A DNA stretch of 64,000 nucleotides from the NCBI GenBank assembly GCA_964016885.1, contig OZ024751.1, positions 32,426,001 to 32,490,000 of the forward strand, in the 5' to 3' direction. The notes under the pieces were generated by a model. That model was not told the origin of the DNA and did not search any database. It saw only the letters and a program-made list of their open reading frames with translations. The stretch comes from Eledone cirrhosa (Eukaryota). Below are positions 1 to 14,303 of this stretch, piece after piece; position 1 is the first letter of the stretch, and every line of letters begins with the position of its first letter. Both the position numbers and the translations under genes were made by a program.

Positions 1-340
1 GGTGTTGGTAGTGATGGTGTTGGTGGTATTGGTAGTGGTGGTGTTGGTAGTGATGGTGTTGGTGGTGTTGGTGGTGTTGGTAGTGGTGGTGTTGGTAGTG
101 ATGGTGTTGGTGGTGTTGGTGATGGCGTTGGTGATGGCGTTGGTGATGTTGGTGGTAGTGTTGGTAGCGATAGTGTTGGTGGTGTTGGTGATTATGTTGG
201 TGATGGTGTTGGTGATGTTGGTGGTGGTGGTGGTGGTGGAGTTGGTAGAGGTGGTGTTGGTGATGTTGATAGTGGAGGGCTGGTGGTGTTGGTGGCGTTG
301 GTGATGATGGCGGTGGTGTTGGAGTTGGTGGTGATGGATC
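1..340. repeat. Degenerate GGT/GTT/GAT trinucleotide repeat
   Basis: Continuous ggtgttggtgatg-type triplets; the Val/Leu/Met ORF is a by-product. Confidence 0.9.
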
Positions 341-763
341 TAGTAAAGAAAGCTTTAAAAAAAACAAAGCAAAACACAACGTGGGTAGGTACAATGATGG
401 GGGATTAGGGGTGGGTGAGAAAAAGGAAGGAAAACAAAGAGAATCAGGAGACTGGCGGCAAGTAGGGTGGTGAGGAAATAAAGGAACAATAACATTTAAA
501 AAACAAATTCTGAACAATGGTGGCTGATATTTTAACATAAGACAATCAACAAAATAATTTATATTGTGGTATTGAAACCTGAGCCCATAACTTTCCATAC
601 AATGTAACTGGTTGGTGTAGTAGCTGCTGCTACTTCTGCTGCTGTTGATGTTGTTGTTGTGGTTGTTGTTGAGGTTATGTAATTCCAGGCCAGCTCTGAT
701 CTAGCAGACCTACAGAAGGCAGGCAATGGGTCGCAAAACAATCTGTGGCTATCCATAAATCTA

Positions 764-842
764 TTGGGTCGTCAAGTATGACATTTATAGAAATTTGTTC
801 TTTTTCGAGAAATTTCTACAAATTTCATACTTGACGAACCAA
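764..842. mobile_element. 79-bp palindromic Tc1/mariner-type MITE (Made1-like layout)
   Basis: Arms ttgggtcgtcaagtatgacatttatagaaattt and aaatttctacaaatttcatacttgacgaaccaa are imperfect reverse complements; TA at 762-763 and 843-844. Confidence 0.7.
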
Positions 843-848
843 TATATT

Positions 849-1215
849 ACCAGTTATACCTTGTGTCTGTCTATTTAGGGACTCATACTGCACATTCCAA
901 CATACCAGTATACGTTGTGTCTATCTAGTTAGGGACACACACTTCACGTTCCAGCATACCAGTTATATCTTGTGTCTATCTAGTTAGGGACCGACCCTTC
1001 ACATTCTAACATATCCGTTATATCTGGTATCTGTCTAGTTAGGGGCCCACACTTCACGTTCCAGCATATCAGTTATATCTTGTGTCTGTCTAGTTAGGGA
1101 CCCACACTTCACATTCCAGCATACCAGTTATATCTGGTGTCTATCTAGTTAAGGACTTACACTTCACGTTCCATCATACCAGTTATATCTGGTGTCTGTC
1201 TAGTGGGAACCACAT
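849..1215. repeat. 55-bp minisatellite, ~6.5 copies
   Basis: Unit ~accagttatatcttgtgtctgtctagttagggacccacacttcacattccagcat recurs at 849, 904, 958, 1013, 1068, 1123, 1178; no unique spacers. Confidence 0.9.
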
Positions 1216-1282
1216 ATACATATATTTTCAACTGTTCAACACACTATATATTTTCACCTGTTAAACATACTGGCAGATGTAT

Positions 1283-1325
1283 ATAGTCCTGATGAAGGGT
1301 AATGGTCCAGAAACATGTTGATTGT
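1283..1325 (+). ncRNA. Minimal type-I hammerhead ribozyme (somewhat degenerate)
   Basis: atagtc-CTGATGA-agggtaatggtcca-GAAA-catg-TT-gattgt; stem I atagtc/gattgt; palindromic stem III AACATGTT. Confidence 0.6.
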
Positions 1326-1425
1326 TCCTCAAAGCCAGTGTTGAATAAACAGGTGACGATCAGTCACCGGCACGACACAGCTTCAAATCGGGCCGTTTGT
1401 TTACAAACGAGTCGAACATTATTAC

Positions 1426-1528
1426 GAGGTTAACTTTGACTTTCACCCTTTCGGGGTCGATAAAATAAAGTACCAGTAATGTACTGGGATAATTGCTGGC
1501 CTTGTGCCAAAAGTAGAAACAATTATTA
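1426..1528 (+). mobile_element. 5'-truncated Nin-domain SINE
   Basis: cgaggttaactttgactttcaccctttcggggtcgataaaataaagtaccag...agaaacaattatt; same family as the copies at 7001, 36897, 51927, 60800. Confidence 0.75.
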
Positions 1529-1675
1529 ATGTTCGATATAATCCATAGTACATTGTATATATGTATGTGTTTGTGTATATATATGTGTGTACGTGTGCAT
1601 ACTTACACACACACATACACACACATATATACTTATATACAAACATATATATATATGTGTATATATATGTGTGTG

Positions 1676-1746
<71 letters not shown>

Positions 1747-2454
1747 ATATATATATATATGTGTGTGCGTGTGTGTGTATGTGTGTACATATTTCTGATT
1801 CACTGCTAAATATTTATTTTGGGCTACTTTTTAACACACTTCCCTACTTTTTGATAATTTCGTTTTTTATGAAATAAGTTAGGTAACCCTCAGTAGGCCG
1901 TCCTAAGTATTCAGTGAGGATTCAAACACATACAGACACATACAGACGTATACAGACATATTCGAAGACACATGGACACACGTATGCAAACACACACGCA
2001 TGCAAACACATTCACATACACATACAAATACAATTGCACAAAACACACGCATAAGTGTGTGCGCATAAGACATACATTAGTAATATAAAGAAATGCAACA
2101 ACAGCAATATGAACAACACACTTACTAAAACTGTGTGACAAGATAACAGACACACATATAAACAAAACTGAACATAAACCAACAAACACACAAACACAGT
2201 AGTTGTTCCGTGCGGTGAGGAGACCCTGCCGAATGACATTTTCAACTTGACCCCACAAGGAAGCACGTGTGACCTCCACACGTATACGCGCGCACACCAC
2301 ACACATACAGACACACACACATACACACACACATACACAGAAGCCTGTCGACTGTCACACTGTATGTTGAGGGTCCCTCATCTCAGTCTTTGATGATGTC
2401 ACATAAAGATGAAAGGGACTGAGGTGTCATAAGTAGATCAAGATTGTCCCTACC

Positions 2455-2524
<70 letters not shown>

Positions 2525-2784
2525 ACCACCATAACCATCACCACCACCACCGCCGCCACTACCTCCAGCATCACTACCATAAAACACCATCATCACCACC
2601 ATTAACAACACCAACATCACTACTGACATCAACACCAACAACTTCATCAACTCTAAGAACAAAAGCAGCAATAAGTAGGTAAAGTAAACTGGTTATGATC
2701 ATTTTTGCTATCTTGGCTTCACCAGCAGCGCAATAGCAGCAGCAGTAGTAGCAGCAGCACTATCATCCTTAACATCTTCATCAC

Positions 2785-2899
2785 CTTCTTCTTCTTCTTC
2801 TTCTTCTTCTTCTTCTTCTTCTTCTTCTTCTTCTTCTTCTTCTTCTTCTTCTTCTTCTTCTTCTTCTTCTTCTTCTTCTTCTTCTTCTTCTTCTTCTTC
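2785..2899. repeat. (CTT)n microsatellite
   Basis: ~38 perfect CTT units. Confidence 0.95.
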
Positions 2900-3119
2900 T
2901 CCTTCCCCCTTCTTCGTCTCACTACCTTTATCTCAGAAGCTATCACTTTATAAATACAGTGATGACTTCTATGTGACAGGTGTCCCCACGTGACCTACTA
3001 ACTCACCTTCTGTTTCTTCTAACCCCCCCCCCGCCTTCCATCATATAGTCTCATATCCAACCGTTTACGCACAAACGCATACGTAAATATATATTACACA
3101 CACAGATATATATATATAT

Positions 3120-3198
<79 letters not shown>

Positions 3199-3251
3199 CA
3201 TATATACATACATGCATATATATATATACATATATACACAGATATATATAA

Positions 3252-3324
<73 letters not shown>

Positions 3325-3680
3325 CATACATACATACATACATACATACATACATACATACATACATACATACATACATACATACATACATACATGCATA
3401 TATACATACATACATGTATACATGCACACAGATGTCTACACAGGCCCCTAAAGAACCTATAAGTGTCGACTCTTAGCCCCGGTTAAGCGGTGCTTGTCAG
3501 TCCACACGTGTGTCTCTTTGATGTCTGTCAAAGTTGGACAGCAGACACTCATGTGCATCCACACATACATACACACATACACAAACATGCACACACAAAC
3601 ACACATACACACACACTAACACATACGCACTCATAAATGTCTTTGTGTGTGTTACCATACATGAAAAAATAGTCATGAAT

Positions 3681-3740
<60 letters not shown>

Positions 3741-3822
3741 TTTATATGAAATATTGCTCTGATTGCCAAAAACACACATATTTATATCTAGCTCTGTCTA
3801 GTTTATATGTATGTAAACTGTT

Positions 3823-3873
<51 letters not shown>

Positions 3874-3980
3874 ATAGGGTGTAGGATCGATATAGATCGA
3901 ACCTTAAGCTGATCAGTGGCGAAACGTGCGTCACCTATCAATAAATGCAATGAAGGAATAATCAATCGTCCTTTTTATCC

Positions 3981-4855
<875 letters not shown>

Positions 4856-4946
4856 GATATATATATATATATGTATGTATTTATATATATATATATGTAT
4901 TTATATATATATATATATGTGTGTGTGTGTGAATTTATATATATGC

Positions 4947-5028
<82 letters not shown>

Positions 5029-5216
5029 ATTATGAGAATATTTTTCATTTGTTAACATTTTGAATAATATTAAAAACTCCAGGAAAACTTAACTGTTGAG
5101 TGCTTCTAATCTATTGTAAAATTGTATTCGTTGAGTAATCAACGAACCATACTAATCTTTGGTCACATTTACCTCCCAGAAGGTTGAGCGCTTCTTCTGC
5201 AATAGATTACTAATAA

Positions 5217-7690
5217 ATGATGGAATTCTTCAAGATTTCTACATCTCTCAAGGATATACCACTACCACCAAACGAAGAATATATGAGACAACTTATTGGA
5301 AAAAACCAACTCCTTCATAAGAAGACTGCGGTGGCGTGCTTTCCACTTTGAAAATAAAGAGAAAATTGATAAGAAAAATACCAACCATAATTTTGATCCT
5401 ATTTTTAGATCTATGAAAAATCTTCCATACAACAAACTCTTGGTTAATTTCGAAAACGAAATTATAAATATATTAAACAACATTAAATTTTTAAAAAAAA
5501 CATATAGAGGCCAAGAATATCTCAGGGGTCTAAAGGAAAAAATTAATGACATGCAATAAAATAAATAAAATATTAGTGAAATCAGATAAAACGAACAACC
5601 TATATGGGATTGAAAGAACAAAATATAACGACTTAATTTTAAAAGAATTGAGGAAAAATTATAAAAAGGCCCCAAGTGAGGACTTATTGGATATTAATAA
5701 TGATGCATTCAAAATTATCACCAAGCTTGGAATAGAGCGGATACATTTTAAAGACCATAAAAGAAATTTCGAAGAGGATTTACCAGTTAGACTTATAGCA
5801 CCTTCTAAATCAGATCTTGGAATAATTAGTAAAAAATATCATAGATAGGATTTTACCAACACTTAAATTGAAGTCACGGCTATGGAAAGGCACTAGTGAA
5901 GTCATAGATTGATTCAATAATATCAAAAATAAAAATAATTATAAGTTCATTCAAATGGATATAGCGAGTTATTATTCCTCGATAACTCCTAATCTATTAA
6001 ATAAGGCGCTATCATATGCATATAAACACACGGACCTATCTAGTGATGAGATAGATATTATATTAACAGCAAGGCGAACTTTGATTGATTTTAGTAATGA
6101 TCTTTGGACTAGGTCGGATAGACAGAAGAATTTTGACATTTCTATGGGTTCGTCAGATTCGGTGCAAGTTACAGATCTTGTGGGCATTTTTATCCTTAAC
6201 ATGATAAATAGAAAAGGGACGACATACTATTTATTGTAGAAAAACATAATAATAGCGAATTAAATAGAGTAAAGAATGTAATTATAGATATTTTTAAAAA
6301 TTACGACCTGAAATTAAAAGTAGAAAATAAAAATAAAATAGTTAATTTTTTAGATGTGACTCTAAATTTGAACTCAGACCTTTATTATCCTTTCCATAAA
6401 GTCAATGAGAACTTAAATTATGTTAGTTTTTATTCTAATCATCCTAAAAGTGTTAAGAATGCAATAGTACAACAACGAATATCCAGGCTGAATGCTAATA
6501 GATCCATATTTAATAGTAAGGCTGTATATTATAATGAAGCGTTACATAAAGCTGGATATAACAATAATATTGAGTATATAGAAAAAATACTGAAAATAAA
6601 ATTAATTATAATCACAGTAATCATAATAAAAAAGGAATATAAAAACAACTTGATGAATAAATCGAGGAAAACAATAAGAACTAGATCTATAATTTAGTAT
6701 GCTCCGCCAGCATCTTTAGCTATTAAAACACCTGTAGCACATTTATTTTTTAAAGTTTTTGATAAATGTTTCCCTAGGTCACATAAATATAACTCTATCT
6801 TCAATAGACACACAGTTAAACTTTCTTTTTCAACAACTATGAATATCGCTCAAAATATAGCAAAAATAAATAAAAATCTTAATTTGAACCAACTTATAAT
6901 TATCAATAATAACAATAATAATAACAATACGTTAGTTAATGGGAATAACAATAATAATAGTTTAAACATGAATAATAGTAGAAGACCTTTAAATAATAAT
7001 TGTTTCTACTTTTGGCACAAGGCCAGCAAATACCCAGTGCATTACTGGTACTTTATTTTATCGACCCCGTAAGGATGAAAGGCAAAGTTAACCTCGGCGG
7101 GATTTGAACTCAGATCATACAGGGAGGTAACTCTATGCTTCAAAGCATGGCGTCCGACCCTCTACCGATACTGCCAATCCAAGACCTTTAAATAATAATG
7201 TGAATAGTTTAAGGTCTGTAAATAACATTGAGAAGAAATGTAATTGTAGAAAGAGGTCTGAATGTCTTTTACAAAATAATTGCCTTGACAAGAATCTAGT
7301 ATATAAATGTACCATTAAGACAAATAATAATATATATAACTACATAGGTGCCACTTCATCTAAATTTAAGGAACGTTGGTATAATGATAGACATTCTTTC
7401 AATAAACCAGATAAGAAATTTTCAACTTCACTTTCACAATTGTATGGTCTTTAAAGGACAATAATATTAAATACTCCATCTCTTGGACAAAATTAAAGAA
7501 TGCTGCTTCCTATCAGAACTCAACTATTTCGCAAATTTGCAATCTTTGTAACCTTGAGATTCTACAGATAATTACAAATTATGACAATTTAATCAACAAA
7601 AAAAAATGAATTATTTAGTAGTTGTCACCATAAAATTGGTAAAACTTTCCAAGCAATGTATAAGTTTCGAAAAAATATTGACAATTAATA
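5217..7690 (+). pseudogene. Disrupted Penelope-like RT + GIY-YIG ORF
   Basis: SLKDIPLP, FIRRLRWRAF, KSDKTNN, VRLIAPSKSDLG, MDIASYYSSI, FDISMGSSDS, RDD remnant, CNCR..C..C..LVY..YIGAT..FKER, CNLC; many frameshifts and stops. Confidence 0.85.
7001..7180 (-). mobile_element. tRNA-derived Nin-domain SINE nested in the Penelope ORF
   Basis: A-box-like tggcagtatcggtag, B-box gagttcaaatccc, gcctttcatccttacggggtcgataaa core; 19-bp TSD aagacctttaaataataat at 6982-7000 and 7181-7199. Confidence 0.9.
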
Positions 7691-8956
7691 ATTTAAATAT
7701 ATATATAAGTTTTACCTTATTGTGGTAATAATTTATTGGTATTTTATATGTATTAGAATAATTTCATTAAGAGTCTCGTTATCCTATGCTTTGATTAGGA
7801 CAGTTCAATATTTAATTTGACATCAATTATGATATATACAATAGATGATTTATGGCTTTCGAAATATCGCTGGACGTGAGAGTAGAGATAAGTTATAAAT
7901 GTTTGTATATGGTGAATGAATTATCTTCCTTTTGTTTACATTGTCCGTAAAAAATTTCTTTTCTTTTTGACTAGCTTGCTAAAATATATTAAATATGAAA
8001 TATGTAGATTAATAATATATAGACTATCATTAAAAGGAGACTATATATCAAATTAAGTAAATACAGAAGTAAATATAACCTTTCATTAAATTAATGAAAA
8101 AAGATTTTTGAGAGTAAATATAATTACAGTTTAATCCTAGGAATTAAATGAAAATTAAAGAATAGTAAAGATTTTATAAAGAGAATATCCTAATTAAATT
8201 AAATAATTTGGGTAATAAATGATCTGAATATATTATATGTATCGATGGTGATATACGCATGGTATTATATTTTAATACATATTTAATAATTATTTAAATT
8301 ATTTAAATACGCTTTAAAGATGAATTCTTTTAAAGTTGTAACAACATATTTATAGAATATCTTACCTTAAAATTAAAAAATTATAATAATCTATAAGTTA
8401 AATTAAATTATATAAATGTATAATTAAACTAAATATGTGATTGGTATAGAAAGTAATCTATACTCATTAATTTTGATATAATATATAAGTATAATTAGCT
8501 AAAGCCTTATCAGATACAAGAGATATTCTATTGTTTATATGAATAGATTTGATGTCTTATTTGATCTAACATTTGAAAACAACGGTTTTTTTTATCCCCC
8601 TCTATTCGATGTTCCCTTATTTTTCTTTATTTTTCTTTACCCTCCTTTGTTCCCTTTTACTTTCCCACACCTTCCCTCCCCTTTGTCGTTATTCCTCTTT
8701 TCTTTTTTATATATTTCTTTTATTCATTCATCCATTTATTTTTTTATTCATTTATCTATTTATGTATGTATTTATTTATTTATTTCTTGTCTTTCCTCTT
8801 CTTTACAACCCTCTTATATCTCTAATTTGCTCTACATCCTTTTCTTCTTTAAGTTTATCATATTATTTGAGGTATAAAAACGTTGAGATTTGATGAAATA
8901 AATCACTGCCAATACTGGAATTGGATAATCAAGACCGTAGCCATATATCAAATCAT

Positions 8957-9024
8957 ATATTTTGTCTGATGAGGACGTACTGAAAAAACAACACAGTACC
9001 TTTGAAATATATATAATAAAGTAT
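8957..9024 (+). ncRNA. Minimal type-I hammerhead ribozyme in Penelope pLTR
   Basis: atattttgt-CTGATGA-ggacgtactg...cagtaccttt-GAAA-tatata-TA-ataaagtat; 9-bp stem I including G-U; palindromic stem III. Confidence 0.8.
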
Positions 9025-9171
9025 ATATTTTGATTATGAGAATATTGTTTATTTGTTAACATTTTGAAAAATATAAAAAACTCCAGGAAAACTTTTCTGT
9101 TAAGTGCTTCTAAACTATTGTAAAATTGTATTCGTTGAGTAATCAACGAACCATACTAATTTTTGGTTATA

Positions 9172-9244
<73 letters not shown>

Positions 9245-9247
<3 letters not shown>

Positions 9248-9500
9248 AAAGTTTTATTTAAAATTGTTGGGTTACAACAAGTAAATATTTTATAACTGAT
9301 ATAAAGCACTCAACAAGTTTTGGAGTAGATATACGATATTAAACAAATGGAAACTATATTTATAAAACCATATTTATTTCATTATACATATTTCAGGGAT
9401 ACCATATTAAAAATATGGCATGCCTTCTTCAGATAAAATACAATATATAAGCAGTTTTGTAAATAAATTTGACGTACCATAAATATTGATCAACTTCCAT
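9245..9500 (-). mobile_element. Penelope-type pLTR fragment (may extend to ~11100)
   Basis: Diverged reverse complement of the element at 16298-16567 and 33304-33571; starts at a (TA)n tract. Confidence 0.7.
9375..9440 (-). ncRNA. Minimal type-I hammerhead ribozyme
   Basis: Minus strand: tattttat-CTGAAGA-aggcatgccatat...atatggtatccct-GAAA-tatgta-TA-atgaaata. Confidence 0.75.
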
Positions 9501-11179
9501 GTGCGAAGTTGGTTTGGTAGTGAGATGTTTATAAATATTTAGTGTTAAGCACAGTTAGAAAGAAAGACGGAGAAAAGGAAGAAGTGTATGTAAAGAAAAA
9601 CAGAGAGAGATATAGAGAGATAGAGGAGAGAGAAATAGTGAGGAGGTGAAAAATGAGAGGCATCTGAGGCAACAGATGAATAATAATAATTCATCATACA
9701 AATTGAGAGATTTAGGAGGGAGGGAGTACTGTAATTATTTATTTATTTATTTATTTAGTTATAGTGTTAAGGAGACGGAGAGAAATAAAAAATAAATAAA
9801 GAGAAAACAGAGAGGTAGAGAAAGATAGAGGTGGGGGGAAAAAGAGGTAGACCGAATAATAATAATTATATATGGGGAGGTGAGAGAAATAGGAGAGAAG
9901 TAAGAGAGAAAACAATAGAGAAGCTCGAGAGGCAAAGTTAAAGTAGCCGATACTTAAATTTCATCATGTATAGAGGGAGGAGAAGAAAGAGCTATATCTA
10001 GAGTCGGATGATAGATTTACAACTTTACGTTATGTCCTATCAATTTGAATTATCAATTCATATGAATTGGGTATTATAATGTAAATATCAATATTCATGA
10101 ATGAGACATAGATATATAATGTGTGAAAAATAATGACCATATGTTTAGTTTAAAAATTCTTAGGTCGATGTACCAAAAACTGAGATAAAACTTCAAAAAA
10201 TACGGAAATACATAAGTATATATGTACTTTCCGGAAAAAGAAAGAAAGAGAAAAAGAGAAGGTCATCTCAAGTTCTAGTTGACACTATAGACATACCCGT
10301 GAAACTTACGTGATCAGCTCTGTAATTTCTTATTTCACATGAAAACATTTTCCCCTGCGTTATAAAAGATTTTACTATATATATATATACATACATACAT
10401 ATACATAAAAAATATATATTAATATTAATATTCCTGCCCTCACATACATGATTATCGTTCATGTATAGAATATTATGCATATCTGTAACATATCCAGAAC
10501 CATAGCCACACATACATATATATATATATGCGTGCGCACATATATGTACATGGACAGATAAAATAAACAGATAAAATAGAATATACTCTGTAATCATTCC
10601 ATATTCATATTAATACATATGGCCTTTGCACAGAGACAACAGATATTAATATATTAAAACGCTAAGAATACTTTCATCACTCCCTAGAGTATCTAGGGCC
10701 GTAAAAAACACAGTATGCCCCCCATATCAACCACAGAAATCTACCCTTCCAATTTATCTGACAATATATTGCCATGTTCATTAGAAGCAATCAGAATCAA
10801 TAAGCAAACAAAAAACCAAAATTAATCAACAAAACTTCTTTAGCAGAAATCATTTAAAAGATTTAGGAGACCCCGTTGTTCTACAGATGCTCTTATATTT
10901 AGTATAGAAGTTTATCTAGCGTAAAATTTATTCAATAGATTGGGAGCATCAACATTTTAGGGTAGTTTAATTACATCATTAGTATATATTTATGAAGAAG
11001 GTTTAAAAGAAAAAGTTGAAGGAATCGAAAGATTTATCGTCAGGTTTCATAATTAATTAAATATCTTAACTAAATATACTACATTTTAAATTTATATTTA
11101 TATTTAAACGTTGAGTTCAATCTATGTCTGCAGCAACTGAATAAATTGCTCCTTAGATTAAGGGAATTTTTAGATTTTA

Positions 11180-11475
<296 letters not shown>

Positions 11476-11604
11476 GAGCTCAGCCGTCGGCGTCCTACTC
11501 GTTCCTATATATATATATATATATATGTGTATGTGTGTGTAAATGTATATATATATGTATATAAATATATATATAAATATATATATATATGTATATATAT
11601 ATAC

Positions 11605-11643
<39 letters not shown>

Positions 11644-11645
<2 letters not shown>

Positions 11646-14212
11646 TTTCGTTTCTAAATTTGTTTAGAAAGATTCTTTATCTGAAAACGTGTGTTGAAAC
11701 CGATATTGTTATACTTTGGGAGGGTCATGTTGCCAATAAGAAACACACACACCAGTTGCTTTCACTTCAATTTATTATAATAAATTTATAAATTTAGGAA
11801 TTTATAAATTTCCGGTTGGTTGGTTGGTTCCACAACCAGCTGGTTGTTTATATATTGTCAAAGTTCTTTCGTCACACATTCTGTGACCTCTTCAGTGACT
11901 GGGGGTTCTTTTCTTTGTTTTTGTGCCTCTCCTTTGTTCTGTCCTACGCCATCTTGGTTTTGTGTGTGTGTTGTGTGCTTAGTTTGCGCATGTGTTACAT
12001 CCGGGTGTCAGTGTGTGTTTATATTCGTTTATTTATTTGTTTATTTACATGTTACTGGTTGGTTGTTTGTTCTATGTGCGTGTGTGTTTTCATTTTGTCC
12101 TTAATTGTAAGTTGTGATGTTGCTGTTCCACTCATGTTTTCTATTTAATTTTGGTTGTAATTCATTTATGTTTATTGCCTCTGTGATTTGTCTAAACATT
12201 GCGTCTTTTCTGTGTGTAGATTCTATTTTTATTTCTATGTTCTCTAATTTACCCTTATGTTCTATTTTAGCATGTTGGTAGAGTACAGATGATTCTTTAC
12301 TATCTGTGTTCATTTATCCGTTCCCCTATACTACGAGCTGTCTCACCTATGTACACTATATTTTTGTTTCTACATTGTCCTTCAGTACATCTTATGCTAT
12401 ACACTACATTTCTAGTTTTACAGTTAATATGGGGGCTTATTTTACAGGTTATACATTTCTTATCTATACATGAGGGTCTTTGGAACGGGTATGTCTTGCT
12501 AATAAGTGTTTTTACGGAGGTACCTGGTCTTTCTAATATCTTAATATTGAGTTTATGTTTATTTAGGGCCCTTCTAAATTTGTAGGCTAGTTCGCCTCTA
12601 GGGGTTGTATTGATGAACATTACACTCTGGTATTTATTGCTATCATACCATGAGTTTATTCTATTGGCCTTGTTCCTAGTTCTTTCTATTCTATTCCAAA
12701 ATGTGCTCCTATACAAGGGGCAGGTCCCATTTGTATTATTATTTACCATTTTTTCCCATTTGGTTCTGGCTCCTCTATACACTCTGATTTTATCTCTCTG
12801 ATTGTAACCAGAGATTTGCATACGGTGGATGAAGTGTTGTATGTGTCTCTCTAGTTCTTCGGGGTTGCACATGCGGGACACGTTTCTCATCACCCGTACC
12901 AAATCCGCAATCAGTATGTTGATTTTGGTATGGTCCGAAACAGCTGAGTTTCGGTGGATCAGATATTTGGAAGTCATGGGTTTGGCAAAATGGGAATGGA
13001 GGATTTGTTTTTTGTTATTAATGGTATCTAACCAGAGCGCTGTGTCTAGTACAGGTAATCGATGGTTGGGGTGTTTGCTTGGGTAGTCTATAGTAACTCT
13101 AATACTCTGGTGGATGGAGTCAGCTATTTGCTGGATGCTTTCCATTGTGTTTTTCTCTAATTCCTGACTATTCTCTAGTGGGGGTGTTTTAACTACGATG
13201 TTTATATCGTCAACGTAGCGGGAGTACATTATCAGGGTTAAGGGGTCTTCTTATGTTCTTTAAGTTTAAGTTTAAGTCTACTGTCCCACCATACCATGAA
13301 TAAGTTAGCTATGTTGCCTGCGATGCTAACACCAATGGCTGCTCCTTCCTCTTGGGCATATGTTTTTCCATTAAATTTGAACATATGTTCCTTAAGGGTT
13401 AATTTTATGCTGGCCCCCACCGCATGTGCAATCATTTTCTTTAGTTCATCGTTGTTTTCGGGGGTCTGTATGGCTCTGGTCCACCCGTTCCATCTACCTG
13501 TGTCGGTTTTCTTGGCCATTGAGGTAATGGTAGATGGTCTGCCTCTTGCTGGTCTTGTAGGGCACAGGTTGCTAAGGTCATATGTGTTTAGATAATTATT
13601 ACTATAGGTAAGTTTAAGTAGAAGTCCCAGCTCACTGTTATCAATCTCACGGAATTCAACATTGCTCTCACTGATCATTTCTACGCATTTCTCCACAGCA
13701 AAATCCACGTCAATAGATGGATACAGGGACACAACATCCATACTACCTATTATGCAGTTTGTTAGGTCACTAGATCGGTTACTCTCGCCGATTCTGCTGA
13801 GGAGGTCCTCCGTGCTGTCACATACATCTGGGGACATTTAAATGAGGGGGCGTATGATCAGGGAGAGGAAGTAGGACAGTCTGTGGTTACTATCAATGTT
13901 AGCTCCACAGACTGGCCGTGTTGGTGGTCCCTTGACAGGGTCACTGCTCGTTTTACGGACTTTTCGAAGCCCATACAACGCTGGCACGTCATTGTTCCAG
14001 GCCTGGAAGTTGTTGGCAGTCCTTTTGTTGGGCTGCATTATATTTGTCCACACCACCATATGGTCATTGAGGGCTTTTTCTCTATCCTCATGCTCTTGTG
14101 GTGTTACTTCTCTTGTGTTAGTGATGTGGGGTTGCATTTCCTGGATGTAGTTTGGCAGACTGTCAACCGACATTCTGCCAGACTTGTCTGTTGGAAAGCA
14201 TGCTATCTCTCC

Positions 14213-14213
<1 letters not shown>
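11644..14213 (-). mobile_element. 5'-truncated Penelope-like element (RT + Cys-rich linker + GIY-YIG), frameshifted
   Basis: PTDKSGR, GPPTRPVC, SMDVVSLYPSI, QEEGAAIG, YSRYVDDI, CIDKKCITC...CKTRNVVYSIRC...YIGETAR, RQITEA..I..LNRKHEW; bounded by (TA)n. Confidence 0.9.
11857..11899 (-). ncRNA. Minimal type-I hammerhead ribozyme in the Penelope 3' pLTR
   Basis: Minus strand: gtca-CTGAAGA-g-gtcac agaatgt gtgac-GAAA-gaac-TT-tgac. Confidence 0.8.

Positions 14214-14303
<90 letters not shown>

Larger units (their letters stand above)
5025..9168 (+). mobile_element. Near full-length degenerate Penelope-like element (Naiad-like)
   Basis: ~140-bp direct terminal repeat (5025-5163 and 9029-9168); RT and GIY-YIG remnants; hammerhead in the 3' repeat region; (TA)n on both flanks. 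Confidence 0.85.

Noticed and set aside
1-340. Val/Leu-rich membrane-protein-like ORF
   Set aside because: Trinucleotide low-complexity repeat at the window edge with no splice or homology support
849-1215. Regularly spaced repeat that could be mistaken for a CRISPR array
   Set aside because: The whole unit repeats with no unique spacers, there are no cas genes, and the context is eukaryotic
3872-3940. Hammerhead-like 3' half (GAAAC gtgc GTC), also at ~15490
   Set aside because: No intact CTGANGA at a suitable upstream position; at most a decayed remnant
5909-5913. In-frame TGA in the Naiad-like RT as possible selenocysteine
   Set aside because: It falls where Trp is expected (VID-W-F) in an ORF with many other lesions; most simply TGG to TGA decay; no SECIS recognised
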